Positions 7,896-15,078 of a DNA stretch of 15,078 nucleotides are shown in pieces. The notes beneath the pieces were generated by a model that saw nothing but the letters and a program-made list of their open reading frames with translations, was not told the DNA's origin and did not search any database. The position numbers were made by a program, and so were the translations under genes. The stretch lies in the NCBI GenBank assembly GCA_048941015.1, contig JBHLNZ010000070.1:1-15078 (forward strand), written 5' to 3'. The stretch comes from Promethearchaeota archaeon (GTDB lineage Archaea; Asgardarchaeota; Lokiarchaeia; Sigyniarchaeales; SOKP01). The first letter of the stretch is position 1, and the number at the start of each line of letters is the position of its first letter.

Positions 7896-8357
7896 ATGGT
7901 CAGATTTGAAGATTTAAAAAATTTAAGCGGAGATTTCGCAAAAGATTATTGCAATGCAATAAATAATAATACCGATTATGCTGAAGCAGCTAAAGGATGG
8001 GGTATTGATTTTGAAGGGTCCATTTTATACTTAATGGAAGCTAGCGGAGAGATTGAAGATGATATATCAATTTATATGGATTTGAAAAATGGAAAATGTT
8101 TAGGCATAAAATTGTTAGCTCCGAATGAAGAACCTCCAAGAAAACCAGGTTTAATAATTAGAGCCTCTTTAGTAATTTGGAATGAAATGGCTAAGAGGAA
8201 AATTACTGCTATGAATGCTATTATGTCAGGTAAGCTTAAGCTAGAGGGACAAGTTAATTTGGTAATGAGATATTCTCAGGCTGCGATGATATTGGCAAAA
8301 ATTGCGGGTAAGCAGAATTTTTTCAAAATTTTGTTTAATCAATTTAATTTAAATTAG
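7896..8357 (+). CDS. SCP2 sterol/lipid-binding domain protein
   Basis: AINNNTDYAEAAKGW, IYMDLKNGKC and AMNAIMSGKLKLEG are typical of stand-alone prokaryotic SCP2 proteins. Confidence 0.85.
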   Translation: MVRFEDLKNLSGDFAKDYCNAINNNTDYAEAAKGWGIDFEGSILYLMEASGEIEDDISIYMDLKNGKCLGIKLLAPNEEPPRKPGLIIRASLVIWNEMAKRKITAMNAIMSGKLKLEGQVNLVMRYSQAAMILAKIAGKQNFFKILFNQFNLN

Positions 8358-8367
8358 GATAAGGTTT

Positions 8368-8991
8368 TCACTTTTTAATTCCAAGAATAGCTCTATGGTT
8401 TGTTTTATCAATATACATTTCCTGTATTTCAAAATTTTTAAAAAGCTTATAAATTTCACTTTTTTTAAAAAAATGGTGGGGTAAATCTTTTTCTTGACCA
8501 TTTTGGGGTATAAAGGTTCGTGGTTCAACTTCAACTAAATCCCAGTAATCTTTATGTTTGAATAGTTTAAGGGTTGGAAAAGTAATGAAGATTATTCCTC
8601 CTTTTCGTAAAACTCTTTCAATTTCTTTAATGGTTATTATAATTTTATCCAAAAAATTATGGTGTATGACTTGAATGGATACAATTGCATCAAAAAAATC
8701 ATCTTTAAAAGGCAATTTTTCTTCTATCCTATGAAGTAAAAGTTCAGCACATTGATTTTCCTCTTCAAGCCACATTTTAGCAATTTCTAGCCCCTTAGGA
8801 GCAGCATCAATGCCATATAGTTCAAAACCATTTTTTAAGAAAAAAATTATGTGTCTGCCCGTTCCACATCCTAAATCAAGAATTCTTTTTACTTGTTTAT
8901 CTTGAAAAAGTTTAACTAAACGTTTCATATCTGGATGAGGTTTAAGAAATACTTTCCCCTTTTCATTAAAAATATCATTCCAATCAGGCAT
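8368..8991 (-). CDS. Class I SAM-dependent methyltransferase
   Basis: ILDLGCGTGRH (motif I), YGID, LPFKDDFFDAIVS, and IERVLRKGG. Confidence 0.93.
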   Translation of the reverse strand: MPDWNDIFNEKGKVFLKPHPDMKRLVKLFQDKQVKRILDLGCGTGRHIIFFLKNGFELYGIDAAPKGLEIAKMWLEEENQCAELLLHRIEEKLPFKDDFFDAIVSIQVIHHNFLDKIIITIKEIERVLRKGGIIFITFPTLKLFKHKDYWDLVEVEPRTFIPQNGQEKDLPHHFFKKSEIYKLFKNFEIQEMYIDKTNHRAILGIKK

Positions 8992-9108
8992 AATAATTGA
9001 TCTATTGAATAGTTTTCAAAGGAAAAAGTTAATTAATGGCTACATTCATAAAAATATCTTCCATATTTTTCCTTAAATTCTTTCTTACAATTGAATTAGC
9101 AGGATTTC

Positions 9109-9642
9109 TTACTTTTCTCTCCACACGCACCCGCATCCATCACAAGTATATTTTTTACCATAAATGCGAGGATAAGCACATATTATATTTGTTTTATCAA
9201 TAAATTCATGTATATTAAACATTGTATCATTTCCGCAAACTGGACATACACGGCGACCTTCGGGTTTTGGAAAGGTTAAGATCTCCTCTTCACCGTCTAA
9301 AATTGAAGTTTTTTTGAATGTTTCAACAAGGTTAATTCTACTTCTAAATCGTTTAATGATTGGATCCATTACATCCTCTAATGATTTATCTCGTTCTACT
9401 TTTACAGGCTCATTCTTTATACTTTCTTCTTCTTTTTTAATTAATTTCATATAACTGATAACAATTGGCTTAATTTCATCTTTTCTGGGTAATCGTTCAT
9501 ATTTTTCTTCAAAATTCTCAATGAAGCCTTCAACATAATTTCTTTCAATATTGAATCCTAAATCCTTAATTTGGTTAGTGATTTCTTCAATTAAGTTATT
9601 TTTAGATAATAAACCCTCTATATACATTTGAGTAATTCTCAC
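9109..9642 (-). CDS. Hypothetical protein with C-terminal Zn ribbon
   Basis: Charged, probably helical N-terminal part, then CPVC...CDGCGCVWR at the C-terminus. The start is uncertain (GTG 9642 or the ATG five codons later). Confidence 0.75.
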   Translation of the reverse strand: MRITQMYIEGLLSKNNLIEEITNQIKDLGFNIERNYVEGFIENFEEKYERLPRKDEIKPIVISYMKLIKKEEESIKNEPVKVERDKSLEDVMDPIIKRFRSRINLVETFKKTSILDGEEEILTFPKPEGRRVCPVCGNDTMFNIHEFIDKTNIICAYPRIYGKKYTCDGCGCVWREK

Positions 9643-10013
9643 CCTTAACCTTAAAAAAATTTTAGATAAAAACTAATAACTGATATCAAATAATATGATG
9701 TTATTCTTTATATTAGTTTCTCCAGATCAAATTGAAATTCTACATTGTATTAAATACAAAATTGAACAGATTAATACTTGTAACATAGATTAGGTTATTC
9801 TTTTTTAAAAGATTATACAAATATTATAATTATATTAATATTCGATCTAAACTATTAACGATTGGTTCGAAGAGAATGGAATTTTCCCAGTAATACTTTA
9901 ATTTTTCATTTAGATTAAATTTATCACAAAGGTTGATAAAAATTTGAATTGAAACAAAAACTTATATTATTAAATTTATTTATTTAGTCAAGAGATACTA
10001 TTTTAATGCAATT

Positions 10014-10628
10014 ATGGACAAAAAAGATTTATCTGTTAATAAAAGGGAAGAAAAAAGGCCACTTCCAAAAAAAAAGATCATAATAGCAGTTGTTATGATT
10101 TGTTTTGCTTTTCTCGGCTCTTTTTTAGTATATTTTATATTACAAATTTCTTTAAATTCTAAAACTCCAGTAGTCGTTGTTATCTCAAATTCAATGGTTC
10201 CTAATATTAACAAAGGAGATTTACTTTTTGTAAAGGGAGTTAATGCAGAAGATATAAAGAATGGCACTGCTGAAAACTTAGAAGGTGATGTAATAGTTTT
10301 CGATGCTCGTAATTTATGGATGGGCGCCCCTAATGAACCTATTGTTCATCGCGTTATTGATAAATGGGAAACTGGAGGAATATATTATTTTCAAACAAAA
10401 GGGGATGCGAATTCTTCACCTGATCCTGCCCCTGTCCCAGAAGACCGTGTTAATGGTATTGTGGTAGGGAGGATACCCTTTATTGGATGGATTAAAATTG
10501 TTTTAGCTGATTCTGGATTATTAATACCCATACTTGTAATTATATCTGCTTTATTAATAATAAGCATAATCTGGGATATCATAAAGGATGAGACTAAAAA
10601 TCAAGAAGAGATTAATGAGAAGAATTAG
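10014..10628 (+). CDS. sec11: Signal peptidase I, archaeal/ER type (S26B, Sec11-like)
   Basis: N-terminal TM, VVISNSMVP (catalytic Ser), KGDLLFV, IVHRV (His), TKGDAN...D and a C-terminal TM. Confidence 0.93.
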   Translation: MDKKDLSVNKREEKRPLPKKKIIIAVVMICFAFLGSFLVYFILQISLNSKTPVVVVISNSMVPNINKGDLLFVKGVNAEDIKNGTAENLEGDVIVFDARNLWMGAPNEPIVHRVIDKWETGGIYYFQTKGDANSSPDPAPVPEDRVNGIVVGRIPFIGWIKIVLADSGLLIPILVIISALLIISIIWDIIKDETKNQEEINEKN

Positions 10629-10736
10629 ATACTAATCCCATAAGAACAGGAAAATGAAAAATAAACGTAAGAAAAATAAATTTTATAATGATGCTGTTTT
10701 AGATGATTTCAGACATTTTTTTTATATTTTATTAGT

Positions 10737-10750
10737 CAAAAATTTATATC
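10737..10750 (+). promoter_or_regulatory. Putative BRE-TATA promoter of the 72-aa membrane protein gene
   Basis: CAAAAA-TTTATATC lies about 55 nt upstream of ATG 10806, which has a GTGA SD. Confidence 0.45.
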
Positions 10751-10805
10751 AACTAGTTCTTCATATAAATTACAAATAAAATTTCAAAAATTAAAGTGAA
10801 TTAAA

Positions 10806-11024
10806 ATGGCATGGACGCCACCAAGTAAATTTATTGTATTTTTAACATTCCTTATGATGGCATTTGGGATATTTATCTTACTTGACTTATTCTTAGGTGC
10901 TTGGCCAGCTATATTACCTGCTTTCGATTTAGCAGGCTATAATGGATGGTTCATTATCGCGTTATTATTATTTTTCCTAACTTGGTTCTTCTTTTTCCTT
11001 GGGGTCAAGCTTAAAGGATTATAA
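10806..11024 (+). CDS. Small 2-TM membrane protein, unknown function
   Basis: Two hydrophobic segments and a basic C-terminus (VKLKGL). It has a GTGA SD, a TATA box and a downstream T-tract. Confidence 0.75.
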   Translation: MAWTPPSKFIVFLTFLMMAFGIFILLDLFLGAWPAILPAFDLAGYNGWFIIALLLFFLTWFFFFLGVKLKGL

Positions 11025-11263
11025 ATTCAATTTTTATCTATCTTTTTTTTATTAATATCATTGAATTTTTATTGCTTAATTAATAAAATTTTTAAGATTT
11101 CTAAGATTTGAAAAAAATGTTATGTCTTGTAATTTATTACGAGACAACATTAATACATAAAAACAATAAAACAAAACGAATTAAAACTAAAAAACTCAAC
11201 ACTTTTTGACCTAGATAGTGAAAAAGTGAATTAAGTGACTAAAATATAAGGAAGTGAAAACTT

Positions 11264-11545
11264 ATGTCAAAGAAAGAAGAAAATGCCGTATTTGTTGGAC
11301 GGCGTCCAACAATGAACTACGTTATGGCCACGATGATGATTCTTAATAAAGGAGAAGAATGCACCGTTAAGGCTAGAGGCAGGGCTATTTCCCATGCCGT
11401 AGACGTATGCGAAATCCTTAGAAACAGATTCTTAAAGGGAACTGAATATAAGGAGATAAAACTTAGTACCGAACAACTCGAAGGAGAAAATGGTCAAAAC
11501 AATAATGTTTCAAGCATTGAGATCGTTCTCGCCCCACCAAAATAG
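11264..11545 (+). CDS. albA: DNA/RNA-binding chromatin protein Alba
   Basis: VFVGRRPTMNYV, VKARGRAISHAVDVCEILRNRF and VSSIEIVL are Alba signatures. Confidence 0.96.
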   Translation: MSKKEENAVFVGRRPTMNYVMATMMILNKGEECTVKARGRAISHAVDVCEILRNRFLKGTEYKEIKLSTEQLEGENGQNNNVSSIEIVLAPPK

Positions 11546-11591
11546 ACAATAAATATTTCATCTGTTCGGGAATACAATAAAACATTAAACT

Positions 11592-11611
11592 CTTTTTTTT
11601 ATTATTTTTTT
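11592..11611 (+). terminator. Oligo-T tract, probable archaeal terminator after albA
   Basis: Two long T runs about 50 nt after the stop. Similar tracts follow the DUF35 gene (~5331), the 72-aa gene (~11041) and the histone gene (~12121). Confidence 0.4.
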
Positions 11612-11890
11612 ATCGGGTTTGGTTTTAAACTAATATTGTTAAAGTTTTTCTTTTAAGTTTAAATATTTTCTATGAATTATTTGTTATCGCCAACATTTAT
11701 TATGTTTATTATTCTTCAAATTCTGAAGTTACAGAACTTAAATTGAGTAGTTAATAATAAAATTCAATAAGATTTAAAAACAGAAATAGTAATAATTATT
11801 ATTAACAAATCAATCTATAACAGTTTAATTTTTAACTATATCTAAATTAAATATTAAAAAATTAAAATTATAAAAGGTAGGAGAGTAAAA

Positions 11891-12094
11891 ATGGCCAAAA
11901 AAGCTGCAGGTAAAGTTGAACCGCTTTTTGTTAAATCTAAAGTTCGTGAATATATTAAAGGAAAAGGATTAAATACTTCTAGCGGTATTCTTGATGGAGA
12001 AGCTCTTAATGGTATGATCACTTGGATGCTTGATAAAGCAGTTGAAAGAGCAAAAGGGAATGGGCGAAAAACCGTAAAAGCAAGAGATTTATAA
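11891..12094 (+). CDS. Short histone-fold protein, alpha3-truncated type (face-to-face/DUF1931-related or bacterial Bd0055-like)
   Basis: LFVKSKVREYIK (alpha1), GLNTS (L1), a long alpha2 ending KAVERAKGNG, and RKTVKARD (RxTxxxxD). The chain stops one residue later. AGGAG SD. Confidence 0.88.
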   Translation: MAKKAAGKVEPLFVKSKVREYIKGKGLNTSSGILDGEALNGMITWMLDKAVERAKGNGRKTVKARDL

Positions 12095-12243
12095 TCATTA
12101 TAATCCAAAAATTAATCTTAATTTTATTTTTTTATTATTATCTTTAATCTTACAGATTTTATAAATTTCTAAATCTCTTTTTTAAAAACTAATATTATTA
12201 AAATTATAGAAGCAATTTGAATAAGAGATTCTAGAATAACTAA

Positions 12244-13428
12244 CTATTTTAAATAATTCTCAATATGATTGTATACTTCTTCTAGAATCTCTAAAGTTGG
12301 TAAAAAAGTTAGACGAATATGACCTTTACCGTATTCTCCGAATCCTGACCCATATACCGTACAAACTCCTGTTTCTTTTAAAAGTTTTATAGCAAAATCT
12401 TTATCATCTTTCCATTTCTTCAATTCTTTAAAGTCTAATTTAGGAAATAAATAAAATGCCCCATTGGGATTTACACAATTCATTCCTTCTATCTGACGTA
12501 TTCTTTTATATGAATAATCACGTCTCTCTTTCAATTTTTTTACCATTTCTTTAGTGTGAGTCCCTGGATTTTTTAAGATCTGAATTGCAGCATGTTGTGC
12601 TATTGAACTTGCACACAATCTTGCTCTTGCTAATTTTGCTACAGCTTGCTTAAGATCTTGCAATTTATTTTCTGGATCGTAATAATAAAGATAACCTAGC
12701 CTCCAACCTGTAACTAAATGCGTTTTTGAAAAACCATTCAATCCTATAACTGGTACATCTTTACTTATAGATGCTGGACATATATAAGGCTTATCATATG
12801 TAATATGATCATAAATTTCATCAGATATGACGGGTAAATTATACTCTCCAGCTAAATCAATTATACTTCTAACTTTCTTCTCGCTATATAACACTCCTGT
12901 GGGGTTATTTGGCGAGCAAATTAAAATTGCTTGAGTTTCACTAGAAATCTTTTTTCTTAAATCTTCAATATTAGGCTCCCATTCATCGTTCTCATCTAAT
13001 TCATACTCAATCGGTAAACCATCAAAAAATTTAGCATAATTAATATACAATGGATATGAAGGGCCAGGGATCAATATTTGGTTATTATTCTCAATCATTC
13101 CAGCTAATAAAAAATATATTCCTTCTGTAACACCAGTTGTAATCAAAATGTCATCAGGATTAATGTCTAATCTGTTATTACTTTTTAATAGGTTGCTTAT
13201 TTCTTTTCTCAGTTCATAGATACCCATCGAATCAACATAATAATTTTTTCCCTCAAAAGTAGCATCTGCTAAAGCTTGAGAAATATATTGAGGAGTGGAA
13301 AGATCATATATTACGGGATCTCCAATATTAAGATGATATACTTTCTTTCCACTTTTTTCCACTTCATTAGCTACAACTGCTATTTCTCTAATTGCATATT
13401 CAATCTCTTTTAATCTTTTAGACACCAT
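12244..13428 (-). CDS. PLP-dependent aminotransferase class I/II, AlaA/alanine aminotransferase-like
   Basis: IEYAIR, LNIGDP, SPNNPTG, ISDEIYD, NGFSK (PLP Lys) and TGWRLGY. GTGA SD before ATG 13428 makes it a better start than TTG 13467. Confidence 0.93.
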   Translation of the reverse strand: MVSKRLKEIEYAIREIAVVANEVEKSGKKVYHLNIGDPVIYDLSTPQYISQALADATFEGKNYYVDSMGIYELRKEISNLLKSNNRLDINPDDILITTGVTEGIYFLLAGMIENNNQILIPGPSYPLYINYAKFFDGLPIEYELDENDEWEPNIEDLRKKISSETQAILICSPNNPTGVLYSEKKVRSIIDLAGEYNLPVISDEIYDHITYDKPYICPASISKDVPVIGLNGFSKTHLVTGWRLGYLYYYDPENKLQDLKQAVAKLARARLCASSIAQHAAIQILKNPGTHTKEMVKKLKERRDYSYKRIRQIEGMNCVNPNGAFYLFPKLDFKELKKWKDDKDFAIKLLKETGVCTVYGSGFGEYGKGHIRLTFLPTLEILEEVYNHIENYLK

Positions 13429-13562
13429 AAGATTCACTAAATATAATTTAAAATAATTTTTTGACAATTTTTTTCTAGTATTGAATAGTAATATTAACTA
13501 ATTTTATTAAATTTCTTTTTAGCAAATAGTCTAAAGAAGAGTTAAAAAAAATTTTTATGAAA

Positions 13563-13805
13563 TTATTGAGGATAAGACTTTATTTCTTGCTTTAATAATT
13601 CAATTAAAGACTCAAGATACTGTGCATTAAAAGAATCCTTGTTATGGATTTCTTCATAAGCATATAAGTACTCAGAAAGGCGCTTATTTTTTTCTATTAA
13701 TTCTAATTCAAGGTAACCCTTAACAAATTCTTGTTTAAAGAGTTTATCATCCTCATAATCTTCCTTACCATCGATTTTATTAGCAATTTTTACAATAGTT
13801 TCCAT
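13563..13805 (-). CDS. Small acidic helical hypothetical protein (80 aa)
   Basis: The track's GTG start lies inside an AGGTGA SD, which is followed 8 nt later by ATG 13805 (METIVKIANK). No family recognised. Confidence 0.7.
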   Translation of the reverse strand: METIVKIANKIDGKEDYEDDKLFKQEFVKGYLELELIEKNKRLSEYLYAYEEIHNKDSFNAQYLESLIELLKQEIKSYPQ

Positions 13806-14010
13806 TTTATTATTCACCTTATTTGTATAGCTTAAAAAATAATTTTATTCTACTAATTAAAAAATGTTTTATCTGGAATTTAAAAGATTTGACAAGGAAA
13901 ATTTTTGATAAATTGACAATTTTTATTTTCAAAATTCTTTTTTGACAATTGAATTATATTTTGAGAAGATTGAGTATTTATAGATTTTAATTATTAAAAA
14001 AAAATTTTGA

Positions 14011-15078
14011 TTATTGATACAGATTTTCAATATTGGTTTTTATTTCTTCTTGATAGGATTTTTTTGCTTTTTCAGCATTTCTTTTTATTTTTTCAATAGC
14101 TTCTTCAAATTCAATTTCTGATACATAAATTCTTTTAAATGATTCAAGATTCTGAGCATCAGTATTATCATCATATACTCCCCTTCTAATCGCTAATAAA
14201 GTTGCTTCCTCACAAATTGCTTCAATATCTGCACCAGTATAACCCTCTAGTTTTTCACTTAATTTTTCAATATTAATATGTGGATCTATTGGTTTATTAG
14301 CTAGATGTATTTGAAATATTTTCTTTCGAGAATTTTTATTTGGTAAAGGTATTTCAATATGACGCCCGAAGCGACCTGATCTTAGAATTGCTGGGTCGAG
14401 CATATCTGGCCGATTAGTAGCTGCAATTAGAATAACATTCTTAAGTTCTTCTAAACCATCCATTTCTGTTAAAAGTTGAGCAACAACTTGTTCAACTACT
14501 CTTGAACTAGACGCTTCTGATCTTTTTGATGCGATTGCGTCGAGTTCATCAAAAAATATTATACAGGGTGCTGCTGCTCTTGCCTTACGAAATACCTCTC
14601 TAACAGCCTTAGCACTTTCACCAACCCATTTAGACAAAAATTCTGGACCTTTAACTGAAATAAAATTCACTTCTGTTTCATGAGCAAGTGCTTTCGCTAA
14701 TAATGTCTTTCCTGTACCAGGTAGTCCAAATAACAAAATTCCTTTAGGAGGTTTTGATTTCATATGCTTATAAAATGCTGAAAATTTAAAAGGCCATTCC
14801 ACTATCTCTCTTAATTGTTGCTTGGCATCTTTTAGGCCTCCTATATCATCCCAAGTCTCAGTTGGACGGGTTATTAAGACTTCACGTAAAGCTGAGGGTT
14901 CAATACTATTTAATGCATCTATAAAATGTGTCATTTTAATTTGTAAACAATTTAGTACCTTTTCAGGAATCGGTTTATCTAAATCAATTTGAGGTAGAAT
15001 TTCTCTAATTGCTAACATTGCTGCCTCCTTACATAATGCTTTAATATCAGCACCAACAAATCCATGAGTTTTTTCTGC
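14011..15078 (-). CDS. cdc48: Cdc48/VCP/VAT-family AAA+ ATPase, partial (end of D1, D2 and C-terminal tail)
   Basis: The frame is open to the window edge (AEKTHGFVGADIKALCKEAA). PSALREV linker, WDDIGGL, Walker A GLPGTGKT, pore loop KWVGES, Walker B IIFFDE, ATNRPD and a C-terminal LYQ. Confidence 0.95.
   Translation of the reverse strand, partial: AEKTHGFVGADIKALCKEAAMLAIREILPQIDLDKPIPEKVLNCLQIKMTHFIDALNSIEPSALREVLITRPTETWDDIGGLKDAKQQLREIVEWPFKFSAFYKHMKSKPPKGILLFGLPGTGKTLLAKALAHETEVNFISVKGPEFLSKWVGESAKAVREVFRKARAAAPCIIFFDELDAIASKRSEASSSRVVEQVVAQLLTEMDGLEELKNVILIAATNRPDMLDPAILRSGRFGRHIEIPLPNKNSRKKIFQIHLANKPIDPHINIEKLSEKLEGYTGADIEAICEEATLLAIRRGVYDDNTDAQNLESFKRIYVSEIEFEEAIEKIKRNAEKAKKSYQEEIKTNIENLYQ

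Noticed and set aside
8349-8534. 61-aa minus-strand ORF
   Set aside because: It is an alternative frame within the methyltransferase.
9998-10582. 89-aa and 63-aa minus-strand ORFs
   Set aside because: Both are antisense shadows of the signal peptidase gene.
11546-11890. Possible ncRNA in the 345-nt alba-histone spacer
   Set aside because: The spacer is extremely AT-rich with only short weak hairpins (e.g. TTCTG-N6-CAGAA). I saw no tRNA, C/D box or SECIS-like structure.
11854-12108. 84-aa minus-strand ORF
   Set aside because: It is antisense to the histone gene, which has a clear fold signature and SD.
13889-13948. TTGACA as bacterial sigma70 -35 boxes
   Set aside because: The gene content is archaeal, and these motifs point away from the adjacent minus-strand genes. 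They are kept only as a possible operator motif.
92-15078. Functional link between the PCI-like array and Cdc48 (ERAD-like module)
   Set aside because: They are about 11 kb apart with many unrelated genes in between, so co-location gives no support.
1-15078. Selenocysteine/pyrrolysine read-through, CRISPR arrays, IS elements
   Set aside because: No recognised gene is interrupted by an in-frame TGA or TAG, and I saw no regularly spaced repeats, transposase or terminal inverted repeats.

Overview
A very AT-rich archaeal window. The ER-type signal peptidase, Alba, histone fold, Cdc48 and membrane proteins with PCI-like domains point to an Asgard archaeon, probably Lokiarchaeia (inference). Gene order: 3' end of a CobO/BtuR adenosyltransferase; four tandem paralogous 4-TM proteins with a C-terminal PCI-like winged helix (A-B-A'-B'); a lipid/acyl-CoA cluster (MaoC hydratase, SCP2-type thiolase, DUF35, DAG-kinase family, SCP2 protein) interrupted by a glutaminyl-cyclase-like M28 enzyme; SAM methyltransferase; Zn-ribbon protein; signal peptidase I; small membrane protein; Alba; a short alpha3-truncated histone; AlaA-type aminotransferase; small hypothetical; 3' part of Cdc48 with an HbYX tail. 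Most notable: the membrane PCI-like array, three genes that appear to start at ATA/ATT/ATC behind good Shine-Dalgarno (SD) motifs, a duplicated DUF35 3' end bracketing the lipid kinase gene, and the Alba plus non-canonical histone pair. I saw no rRNA, tRNA, CRISPR array or transposase. All family calls come from motif recognition, not database searches.
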